Shown here one piece after another: positions 10,098-18,763 of a stretch of DNA of 64,000 bases; the first letter of the stretch is position 1, and each line of letters starts with the position of its first letter. This stretch comes from a virus. Position numbers and translations under genes: made by a program. Location: IMG/VR virus record IMGVR_UViG_3300021469_000002, positions 15,772 to 79,771 of that record; one strand, 5' to 3'. A model generated the notes under the pieces. It was given only the letters and a program-made list of their open reading frames with translations. It was not told the origin of the DNA and ran no database searches.

Positions 10098-10841
10098 CTA
10101 CTTGAGTTTGGAAACGATTTTTTCCAAACCTTTACTAAAATCATCTTCCTTTTTTGAAATGGTAGGTTTCTTTTTCTTTATTATTGCCTCAAACAATTCA
10201 TTAGTGTATTCATCTTTAATGTCTTGTAATTTTATGTTTCTTGTTTCTTTTTCTATGCTTTCCAATAAAAGTAATGCATTATTCACATCTTTTTGTGAAA
10301 CATCTACAGGTTTTAATGGTGTTGGCGTTCTAATTTGTTCTACATAAATTAATTGAAGCAAAACAAGAAATTTACCAAAAGGTTCTACTAATCCTATGTG
10401 TTTTCTGTTTCTTATAAAGTAATCTATTAATAATGTTTTGTTTCCCTTAATCAAAGCATTTAATAATATAAAGTATCCTTTTTCAAACTTGGCTTTTGGT
10501 ATCAAATAGTATACTTTGTCTATTAAATATTTCATTTGGTTTGTGTCTTTATTGTTCAAAACCTTTAAAACCTTACAAGATTTATCCTGTTTCTCTTTGA
10601 TATAATTTATTAATTCTGAATCAAAGATTATTTTGTTGTCTTTGTTTATTTTATATGCTTTTTTTAACTCATTATATTGAATTTCCTTATTACATTTTTC
10701 GCACCATCTTTTTATTTTTATGTCGTGTCCCTTTGAACATACATTACTGAAATTAATTGTTTGATAATCCGCAAATCCCGAAATTGCTAATGGTAAATTT
10801 AACATTCCAAACTCAAGATTAATGGTTCCTAAACTTTTCAT
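10098..10841 (-). CDS. ku: Prokaryotic Ku (DNA end-binding) protein
   Basis: N-terminus LEFGMLNLPL...INF...IKIKRWCEKCNKEI.YNELKKAY, YYLIP and late DEYT match the Ku core. Confidence 0.82.
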   Translation of the reverse strand: MKSLGTINLEFGMLNLPLAISGFADYQTINFSNVCSKGHDIKIKRWCEKCNKEIQYNELKKAYKINKDNKIIFDSELINYIKEKQDKSCKVLKVLNNKDTNQMKYLIDKVYYLIPKAKFEKGYFILLNALIKGNKTLLIDYFIRNRKHIGLVEPFGKFLVLLQLIYVEQIRTPTPLKPVDVSQKDVNNALLLLESIEKETRNIKLQDIKDEYTNELFEAIIKKKKPTISKKEDDFSKGLEKIVSKLK

Positions 10842-11078
10842 TTATAACTCCTTAAGTTTTTTATTTATCTCCCTTAATTGTTTCAATAATCTTTGCTTTT
10901 CGCTAATCAATTTTAACGCCTCTTTTGTCAATTGTGGATTACATTTTAATTGTTTAATTGATCCATTTAGGTATTTTTTAAAGATTTGGCATTTATGACA
11001 CTTTTTTAATGCTCTTAAGGGAGATAAACATAAAACAGGTTTCCTAATTCTATTTATGATAATTTCTTTTGTTCTCAT
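10842..11078 (-). CDS. Hypothetical Cys-containing protein
   Basis: CHKC plus two further Cys; C-terminal coiled coil. Confidence 0.5.
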   Translation of the reverse strand: MRTKEIIINRIRKPVLCLSPLRALKKCHKCQIFKKYLNGSIKQLKCNPQLTKEALKLISEKQRLLKQLREINKKLKEL

Positions 11079-11244
11079 ATTCTTTTTATTATTCCCATTT
11101 TTTCTAATTCCTCAATTTTTGATTTTGGGATTTTATTCAAATTCCTTTTTAATCCTAAAATTATTTCCGTAATATCCAAAAATGTATATTTTCTGTTTAA
11201 GTTGCTAATTATTAGAAAAGCATTATCATTTAATTTATATTTCA

Positions 11245-11433
11245 TTATATCCCTCCCAAATCCAACTGCTTTTTAATAATCATTCTACATTTAGCAAAAC
11301 TTTCCTCCACAACAGCATTTAAATTTTCCTTTTCGTTTAATTCTACTTCCAATTCAATACTCGGCTTAATGTTTTCATACATCCCAATTTTTTTCGTTTG
11401 GCTAAAACCCACTTTGATTTTTTTAACTTTCAT
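11245..11433 (-). CDS. Hypothetical protein
   Basis: ORF in minus-strand operon. Confidence 0.5.
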   Translation of the reverse strand: MKVKKIKVGFSQTKKIGMYENIKPSIELEVELNEKENLNAVVEESFAKCRMIIKKQLDLGGI

Positions 11434-11671
11434 ATTCCTCTTTCTCCTAATATTAAAGAAATCAGAATAAGTAAAAAATTTGCCTTTAATTCAAAACCTT
11501 TTGATTTTATTCTCATAACCAACCAACCAACTAAACTAAATATTCTAAATATTTGTCTTGAAACTCTATTAAGATTTGTTCAATTTTTTCTTGATTCGTA
11601 TTTTTATGGATCTCTTTTAATAATTCTTTAACTCCCTCAACAAACTTTTTCATATTTATTTATTGTTTTTC

Positions 11672-11690
11672 TTATTTATAAATGTTTCGT
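11672..11690 (-). promoter_or_regulatory. Archaeal BRE-TATA promoter
   Basis: Minus strand ACGAAACATTTATAAATAA, about 20 nt upstream of an ATG at 11653 (leaderless). Confidence 0.65.
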
Positions 11691-11768
11691 TTTTGGAATA
11701 TATATTTTAGTAAATATACTATAATATCGCCATTGCTCGGCATCAACAAATATTTTATTAACTTTAAT

Positions 11769-11785
11769 ATTTATAAATCTTTCGG
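11769..11785 (-). promoter_or_regulatory. Archaeal BRE-TATA promoter
   Basis: Minus strand CCGAAAGATTTATAAAT, identical to 13253-13269. Confidence 0.6.
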
Positions 11786-12280
11786 TTAATGAAAAGGTTA
11801 AGATAAAGAAAAGGGAGGGGGAAAAAGGAAGGAAAAGGGAAAGGGTTTAAATCTCATTTTCCCAAGTGTAAGGTTATCTATAAATGGTTTGTCTAATGTT
11901 CCTAATTCTAATTTTTCCAACATTTTATCGTTCTTTTATATTGATAATTTTATTTTTAATTCTAATTGCTGTGTCTTTTTTTGCCGAGAATAAAGATTTG
12001 TCTAACCAAAAATCTGAATTTTTTTGTTTATTATGATAAAAATCTATTAATTCATTTAACCATTCAATTAATTCTTTTAATTTATCCATTTAAACCACTA
12101 ATAAGGTTTATAAACCCAAACATTCCCTTTTTTTTCAACTTCCCTACCGTCCAACAATCGCCCTTTAACATCGTTTTTGCTTTTAACAATTACCGTTTTA
12201 GTTTCCCCGCTTAACAACTCATCGCCGATTTTCACATAAACCCTTTGTTTCGTCAATTCCATATCCTCACCTCCACAATT

Positions 12281-12508
12281 TTATTTATCAGCCTCTTGTT
12301 TGCAAAATTGTTTAAAACACTTCGGACTGCAGAAATGTAATTCCTCACTACCCCAATTATCTGGATGCCCTTCGCAAAAATATAATTCAACATAAGCAAC
12401 TTCAGGATCAATTTCTTTCTCGCAAATAATACACTGTACTTTTTCCATTTTAAAAACCTCCTTTATCCTTTTACCCACTCCTTTTTCAAAAACTTTCAAA
12501 AACTTCAT
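12281..12508 (-). CDS. Small zinc-binding (TRASH/MYM-like) protein
   Basis: CIICEKEI...HFCSPKC; likely start at MEKVQ. Confidence 0.6.
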   Translation of the reverse strand: MKFLKVFEKGVGKRIKEVFKMEKVQCIICEKEIDPEVAYVELYFCEGHPDNWGSEELHFCSPKCFKQFCKQEADK

Positions 12509-12704
12509 TACCAGTCAAATTCGAATTCTTTTCGTTCTCCGTTTTTGAAAAATACTGTTATTTTTTCCCACGCCCCAAAACGAGAATTCCACTTTCCTAT
12601 TCCATATATCATATCTTCTTCAAACTCCTCATCTAATATTACTCTTAAATCTTTTTTGTTTATCTTTTCCATCCTCTCACCTCCTAAAAATTAAACAAAA
12701 AAAA

Positions 12705-13199
12705 TTAAATATTTGGAAGTTCCTCCATACTTCCAAGTATGTCTTCGAGCACTTTTGCATCTTTCTCTATTTCTGTTTTTTCGTCGGCTACCATCATAAC
12801 GAAGTAGCCGCACTGTTCCTTCCTGGTTTTCCCATCCCAGAAATAAGAGTATTCGGGCACTATTGTTCCGAATCCCTGACCCGAATATCGGAAAATTGGA
12901 AATGAATCTCCAATTGCCATTTTTGGCTCTACTGGAATTTTTGGTTTTGTTATTTTAAACACTTTGACTACACACATTGACGGTTTTTTAAATTTATGCT
13001 CTGTTACCTCCACCCTGATTCTGTGAAATTCGTAAGGTGCGCCCATCTTCCTTCGCGTTACTGTGATTTTTATTTGCATTGTGTCACTGTTATAAATGTA
13101 CTCCCCTGTTGCGCGTACTCCATCCCATGCCGAAACGCTCTGCCCAGGTATTATGTCTTTTTGATAACTCCCCTTTGCCATGTCAACCCAGAATCTCAT
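12705..13199 (-). CDS. Hypothetical protein
   Basis: First gene of leftward unit, GGAGGTGA RBS, visibly higher GC. Confidence 0.65.
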   Translation of the reverse strand: MRFWVDMAKGSYQKDIIPGQSVSAWDGVRATGEYIYNSDTMQIKITVTRRKMGAPYEFHRIRVEVTEHKFKKPSMCVVKVFKITKPKIPVEPKMAIGDSFPIFRYSGQGFGTIVPEYSYFWDGKTRKEQCGYFVMMVADEKTEIEKDAKVLEDILGSMEELPNI

Positions 13200-13252
13200 C
13201 TTCTCACCTCCCTTTTCTAATTCTTTTTCTTATTTAATTATTTGTTTTTTTC

Positions 13253-13292
13253 ATTTATAAATCTTTCGGTTAACCGAAACATTTATATATAA
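13253..13292. promoter_or_regulatory. Back-to-back divergent BRE-TATA promoters
   Basis: ATTTATAAATC-TTTCGGTTAACCGAAA-CATTTATATATAA; 16-bp palindrome 13264-13279 at the strand switch. Confidence 0.8.
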
Positions 13293-13311
13293 GTTATGAC
13301 AAATAATAAAT

Positions 13312-13560
13312 ATGGTATTATTTCCTAAAAATTCGTGGGATATTGAAGATTTGGTAAAAATAGCGAAACATTTAGGGATAAATTACGAAATTACACCAAA
13401 AGGTAATTTTTGGGTAAACAATAATAAAGAAGCAAACTTAATAACAAATTATATAGTTTGTCCGCAATGTCACAAAGTAAAAAAGAAATATATGGGTTTT
13501 GTCTGTGAGGAATGCCACAAAAAGAATTGGAAAAAGAAAAAAGGAATTAGATTAATATGA
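13312..13560 (+). CDS. Zinc-finger protein
   Basis: CPQC...CEEC; leaderless behind TATA. Confidence 0.6.
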   Translation: MVLFPKNSWDIEDLVKIAKHLGINYEITPKGNFWVNNNKEANLITNYIVCPQCHKVKKKYMGFVCEECHKKNWKKKKGIRLI

Positions 13561-13781
13561 AAAAAGAATTAGAAAAATTAGTAGAAAAAATGGAAAACTA
13601 CTTGAAATGGAAAATAATGCTGGGGGAAAGTGATGACGGGGAAGAACAGGAAATAAAGACAATTCAGCAAACGATTAAAATAATCCAGCAAGATTTGAAT
13701 TGGGTCGGAATGCCAGCGGAGCAGAGATTAAAAGCATTGTTTGGGTTGAGTTCGGCGGGAGAAAGAGGAGTGAAAAAATGA
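13557..13781 (+). CDS. Hypothetical protein
   Basis: ATGA overlap with upstream gene. Confidence 0.55.
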   Translation: MKKELEKLVEKMENYLKWKIMLGESDDGEEQEIKTIQQTIKIIQQDLNWVGMPAEQRLKALFGLSSAGERGVKK

Positions 13782-13989
13782 ATATAAGAGAATTGCACGA
13801 AAATTATATATTGCAGAAAAAGAAAGTATTACTTGATGGGAGCAAATTAAAAGGTTTTGCTCCCGACAAGTAGCAAACCCGAGCAATTACCAAAAAGTGA
13901 GAAAAAATAATTCGGAAAATTTCCTCACTAAAAAATGGAAAATGCGGGTTGTCACCTCGCACTCCGCACCGTAAGATTTTGGTGATAAT

Positions 13990-14522
13990 GTGTTTATAAT
14001 TTATCAAGGCGATGTATTAAAAGCATTAAAACTCATTCCAGACGAATCTGTAGATTGCATCATTACCAGTCCTCCTTATTATGGTCAGAGATTTTATGGC
14101 GAAGAGACTAATGTAATATGGGACGGAAAACCCGGTTGTAATCACGAATTTGTCTTAAACAAAATAAAAGACCCTATGGATAGAGGTGGTAGTGGAGATA
14201 AAGAAAAAAAAACTGGGAAAGAGAGTTAAATGTCCAACTTGGGAGATGAAAAATACAGAGGTGGGTTTCTGTAGGAAGTGTGGTGCTTGGTATGGTGGTC
14301 TTGGTTTGGAGCCTCATCCGAAAATGTTTATAAAACACATATGCGATATAACGGAGGAGTGTATGCGTGTTCTCAAGAAAGAAGGGAATATGTTTTTAAA
14401 CATTGGAGATACGTGGGCAACTGCTACACACAAAGGTGGTTACTAAATATGTAGAAATAGCGAAAAAGCGTGTGGGTTGGAATCTGGGATTAGGTGTTGA
14501 ATTTAAATTTATTAAACTCTAA
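13990..14522 (+). pseudogene. N4-C/N6-A DNA methyltransferase (beta class) pseudogene
   Basis: TSPPYY in 13990..14229; continuation GLEP...RVLK.EG..FLNIGD in another frame after an A9 run (14204-14212); C-terminal KYVEIAKKR tail in 14442-14522; FxGSG SAM motif missing. Confidence 0.8.
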
Positions 14523-14610
14523 ATTATAATATATATATCAAATCACCAATAAGTTTATATATACATTAATACAAATATAATATATATATTGTTGGTTTGT
14601 TGGTGTTTAG

Positions 14611-14889
14611 ATGGTATATGTAGTTGCTACAAAATTTGATGCATTTTATGTAGCTAATACTCTTAAAATTAAATATGATGATTCCTATAAAAAAGGAAAA
14701 AGAGTTGCTGCAATGACTGATTGTTGGCGAATAACTCGTTCTAAAAAATTATTTTATTCTTCTTGTACAGTTAGAATGAGATATATTAGAGTTTACGGAA
14801 AAATTAAGGCCAATCCAGAGGATTTGACATTTAAAGAATTAGAAAAAGAAATTAATAATCCTAAAAAATTTAAATTATTGGGGTGGTGA
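14611..14889 (+). CDS. Hypothetical protein
   Basis: ORF. Confidence 0.5.
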   Translation: MVYVVATKFDAFYVANTLKIKYDDSYKKGKRVAAMTDCWRITRSKKLFYSSCTVRMRYIRVYGKIKANPEDLTFKELEKEINNPKKFKLLGW

Positions 14890-14890
14890 A

Positions 14891-15550
14891 ATGATGAACA
14901 AGCAAAAAGGTAATATGTATCCTTGGGTAACTCACACATGGAATGCTATTCGTGGAAAATGTCCATATGATTGTAATTATTGTTATATGAAAAATTTAAT
15001 AAAAAATAAAAAACTAAGATTAGAAGAAAAAGAACTTGAAACTGATTTAGGGCAAAATAATTTTATTTTTGTTGGTTCTTCTATAGATATGTTTGCTGAA
15101 ACGATTCCGAGAATATGGATTGAAAAAGTTTTGGCTCATTGTAGAAAATATCCAAATAACACTTATCTTTTCCAATCCAAAAACCCAAAACGCTTTTATG
15201 AATTTATTAAATTAAGAATGTTCCCCAAAAGAACTATATTAGGAACGACAATAGAAACTAATAGAAACTATGAAACAAAAGCTCCTCAGCCAAAAGAAAG
15301 ATATATGGCAATGAAAAATATTAAAGAATTTGAAAAAATGGTTAGCATAGAACCTATTATGGATTTTGATTTTAATATTATGGTTGGAATGATATATTTT
15401 ATTAGACCCAAATTCGTTTCAATCGGGGCTGATAGCAAAGGGCATAATTTACCTGAACCACCAAAAGAAAGACTTATTAAATTAATCGAAGAACTTACCA
15501 GATTTACTAAAGTTAAAGTTAAGGACAATCTTAAACGATTATTAATATGA
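14891..15550 (+). CDS. Radical SAM protein (phage Gp37/Gp68, DUF5131-like)
   Basis: TWN..RGKCPYDCNYCY, FVGSSIDMF, KNP.R, GTTIET, VSIEP. Confidence 0.8.
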   Translation: MMNKQKGNMYPWVTHTWNAIRGKCPYDCNYCYMKNLIKNKKLRLEEKELETDLGQNNFIFVGSSIDMFAETIPRIWIEKVLAHCRKYPNNTYLFQSKNPKRFYEFIKLRMFPKRTILGTTIETNRNYETKAPQPKERYMAMKNIKEFEKMVSIEPIMDFDFNIMVGMIYFIRPKFVSIGADSKGHNLPEPPKERLIKLIEELTRFTKVKVKDNLKRLLI

Positions 15551-16938
15551 GAACATTAGAACAAATTTTTGGAGATGAGAAAGAAGAAAAATTCCTACTA
15601 GATTGTAGATTTGATTTTGGTAAATGGGTTAGAAGAGTACATGGTTATCAATATAAATGGTTTCATAAAGAATGGGTTGATGCTCTTGAATCTAAAAAAA
15701 GGATAGCTATCCTAGCTCCTACGGGTTTTGGTAAAACAACAATACTTGCTGTATGTTATTCGATATGGAAAACTTTTTATAATCCTTATTGGCAGGGTTT
15801 AATAGTTTCTAATTCTGTTCCTCAAGCAACGAAAATAATAGATCAAATCAAATTTGAATTAACTGAAAATGAACTATTACAGCGTTTAATTCCTAGTTAT
15901 TCTCAATTAACTTGGAGCAAAACAGAAATTTCTACAGCCACTAAAGGAAAAATATTTTGCAAACCTTATGGTGAAAGTGCAAAAGGAGTGCATGTAGACT
16001 ATGTTTTATGCGATGAGGCTTCATCTTATCGTGACCATAATATATTTTTTCGGTATATAGTAACAAGAGCAACAGCAAAAAGAGGTTGTGTTGCTGCAAT
16101 CTCAACGCCTGTAAATGAAACTGATTTAATGATTTCTAAATTAATGAAAAACCCGGAATACTGGCACAAGGCATACCCTGCTATACAAAATGGAAAATCT
16201 ATATGGCCGGAAAGATTTCCATTAGAATGGCTAAGAAAAAGAGAAGCGGAGATTGGTAAAACAGCATTTGCTCAACAATATTTATGTAGAATAGTGCCTG
16301 AATCAGAAGAAATTCCATTTCCTATGAATTTATTAATAAAGGCACATGATTTGAATTTAAGATTTATGGATAAAAGACCAGAAGGAGATACTGATCCTTA
16401 TTATGTTGGTTGCGACTTTGCTCTTGCTATAAAGGGAGATTGGTCTGCATTTGTAGTTGGTAAGAAAAGAAAAGATAATAAAATTCAAGTCGTTAAGATA
16501 TTTAGATTTAGAGGAATGTTGCCATCAGCTCAAATGGAAGTTTTAAGAAGTATTAATAATAATTATCAACCCAATAGGATGCTTTTGGATAAATCTAATT
16601 TTGGAGAAATGTTTGTTAGAGATTTAATAGCAGAAAATCTTCCTGTAGTTGGTTTTCCATTTACACAGGAAAATAGAAACTCGGCGTTTGCAAAAGCTAT
16701 AACATTATTCAATGAAGGTAATATAATATTGCCATATAGTAAAGAGGAAACTCCAACATCAAAAATGATTGACAGACTAGAACACGAATTAACTCATTTT
16801 GTTGTTGATAAGACACCAAGAGGATACGCAACATATAAAAGTTTATCTGATTATGATGATGTAGCTATTGCTTTTATATTAATGGTTAAGGCGGCATCGG
16901 AAGAAAGAAAGTTTTTATCATACATGAGGGCTAGGTAA
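15547..16938 (+). CDS. terL: Terminase large subunit
   Basis: Walker A APTGFGKT, Walker B VLCDEA, nuclease GCDFA...DDVAIA. Confidence 0.92.
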   Translation: MRTLEQIFGDEKEEKFLLDCRFDFGKWVRRVHGYQYKWFHKEWVDALESKKRIAILAPTGFGKTTILAVCYSIWKTFYNPYWQGLIVSNSVPQATKIIDQIKFELTENELLQRLIPSYSQLTWSKTEISTATKGKIFCKPYGESAKGVHVDYVLCDEASSYRDHNIFFRYIVTRATAKRGCVAAISTPVNETDLMISKLMKNPEYWHKAYPAIQNGKSIWPERFPLEWLRKREAEIGKTAFAQQYLCRIVPESEEIPFPMNLLIKAHDLNLRFMDKRPEGDTDPYYVGCDFALAIKGDWSAFVVGKKRKDNKIQVVKIFRFRGMLPSAQMEVLRSINNNYQPNRMLLDKSNFGEMFVRDLIAENLPVVGFPFTQENRNSAFAKAITLFNEGNIILPYSKEETPTSKMIDRLEHELTHFVVDKTPRGYATYKSLSDYDDVAIAFILMVKAASEERKFLSYMRAR

Positions 16939-17042
16939 TCTATATTATAACAAATATAGTGTAAGGAAAATGTAAGCGGAAAACTTTATAATTTAGTTAT
17001 GTATAAATTATAATTAGGGATTACTATACAAAGGTTAATGGT

Positions 17043-18320
17043 ATGGTTGTACTGGACTTCAATTCTATTAGAGGTATTTTTAAGGGTTCTCAAAGACAAG
17101 TAATCCAGACTCTAGCAATAAGAAGCAGTGCAGGCGAAACGAAGACAATAAAATCAGATGAAGAAGAAATAAAAAGAGTTTCTCCGCTTGATTTAGAAAC
17201 AATATATATTAGAGAAGGAATGGTTTATAATTGGATTAATAAATTTGTTGAATCATTTCTTTCTTCCGATTTCAGAATTAATACATCTAATACAAGAGAA
17301 CGCAGAATAATGGAAGATTTTTTAAGAGCTTCAGATTTTAGAAATTTATTAAAAACTACTGTTGCTCATATGTTGATTTACGGGAATGCTTTCTGGGAAA
17401 AAATAACTAATGATGGACCTAAAATTCTTGCTGTTACATGGATTGATCCAAAAAGTATGGATGTTAAAAGAACATCAATGGGTAAAATTATTTATGATAT
17501 GGATGGTAAACCAACGGCTTATGTGCAATATGTTAAATGGAATGTTGACACTTCCAAAGTTCCAAAAGAAAGATTAATACAACAACAGCCAATGTTTTCT
17601 TATCAAAGCGGAAAAGGTATACTTTTAAAAAGAGAGGAAATTGTTCATTTTACTTTAAATACTGTGGGAGATTCTTGGTGGGGGGTTGGGTTAATTGAAC
17701 CAATATATAATATAGTTAGGGTAAAACAAAACGCTGAAGCGGGATATGCAGAAGCTATTCAAAGAGTTGCTTATCCAAGAATATGGGTAAGAATTGGAGA
17801 TGAACAACATCCGCCAACACAAGAACAAATAGATGATGTATGGAATCAATTAAAAGGATTAGAAACAAAACATCAGTTTGTAACGCCATATTATTACAAT
17901 CCACAAATTCTTGAATCAAAAAGGGTTGAAAGATTAGCACAAAATTTAAAATATTTTTCTGATCAAATAGTTGCAGGTTTGGGAGGACCAAAACCGTTTA
18001 TTACTGGACTAGGTACAGATACAAATAAGGCAACATTAAATGATCAAAAAATATTATTTGAAAGACAGTTAAAAGCATTACAAGAGCAAATTAGTCATAC
18101 CATAATGAAAAATGTGTTTGCTGATATAGCAAAACAGTATAGATTTCGTTCTGTTCCTGTATTAGTTTGGGAAGAAATTTCTACAGAAAGTTTAGACAGT
18201 AAAGCAGATAGACTGGTTAAATATGTTAATTCTGGATTGCTTATTCCAGACAAGGAAATAAGAAATATAGTAAGACGGTCGGAGAGATTACCGGAGGAGC
18301 CCAACGATATTCAAAAATAA
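17043..18320 (+). CDS. Portal protein
   Basis: Follows terL; IYGNAFWE, EIVHF, WWGVGLIE, TNKAT patterns of portals. Confidence 0.85.
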   Translation: MVVLDFNSIRGIFKGSQRQVIQTLAIRSSAGETKTIKSDEEEIKRVSPLDLETIYIREGMVYNWINKFVESFLSSDFRINTSNTRERRIMEDFLRASDFRNLLKTTVAHMLIYGNAFWEKITNDGPKILAVTWIDPKSMDVKRTSMGKIIYDMDGKPTAYVQYVKWNVDTSKVPKERLIQQQPMFSYQSGKGILLKREEIVHFTLNTVGDSWWGVGLIEPIYNIVRVKQNAEAGYAEAIQRVAYPRIWVRIGDEQHPPTQEQIDDVWNQLKGLETKHQFVTPYYYNPQILESKRVERLAQNLKYFSDQIVAGLGGPKPFITGLGTDTNKATLNDQKILFERQLKALQEQISHTIMKNVFADIAKQYRFRSVPVLVWEEISTESLDSKADRLVKYVNSGLLIPDKEIRNIVRRSERLPEEPNDIQK

Positions 18321-18332
18321 TAAGAGATAAAT

Positions 18333-18473
18333 ATGAAAAAAATATCAGGCGTTTTCATCTCCAGAATGTTAAAAGAGGTTTTGGAAATTAGAAATTCCCT
18401 GGATTCACTTGATGCAAAGTTGGAGAACCATTTAAATAATTGTTGTGATGAAAATGCCAAGGAAAAAAAGTAA
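18333..18473 (+). CDS. Small coiled-coil protein (46 aa), partial paralog of next gene
   Basis: IRNSLDSLDAKLENHLNN vs IREKIDDLDKKVDAHINN in 18445..18762. Confidence 0.4.
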   Translation: MKKISGVFISRMLKEVLEIRNSLDSLDAKLENHLNNCCDENAKEKK

Positions 18474-18762
18474 TTCAGGAGAAGCTTCAATATCTGCCTT
18501 ATTTACACATATAACTTATATTAGAGAAAAAATAGATGATTTGGATAAAAAAGTTGATGCTCATATAAATAATTTTGAAAATTGTAGAAGGGAACATAAT
18601 AAAATAATAAGTAATCATAATGCTCGACTTCAAAAACTTGAAGATTGGAAATATTTTGAAGAAAATCAATGGCAAAGAAAAGTTCAAAAACACGGTTTAT
18701 TAGTTGGGATATTGGCTATGATTGTTTCGGCTATTATAAGTATATGGAGTTTGGTGCATTAA
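18445..18762 (+). CDS. Coiled-coil protein with C-terminal TM helix
   Basis: Heptad pattern then GLLVGILAMIVSAIISIW. Confidence 0.6.
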   Translation: MMKMPRKKSNSGEASISALFTHITYIREKIDDLDKKVDAHINNFENCRREHNKIISNHNARLQKLEDWKYFEENQWQRKVQKHGLLVGILAMIVSAIISIWSLVH

Positions 18763-18763
18763 A

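Noticed and set aside
13838-13975. GC-rich spacer with 9-bp hairpin GGGAGCAAA/TTTGCTCCC as tRNA or IS end
   Set aside because: No cloverleaf or T-loop motif and no matching second end; function unsupported
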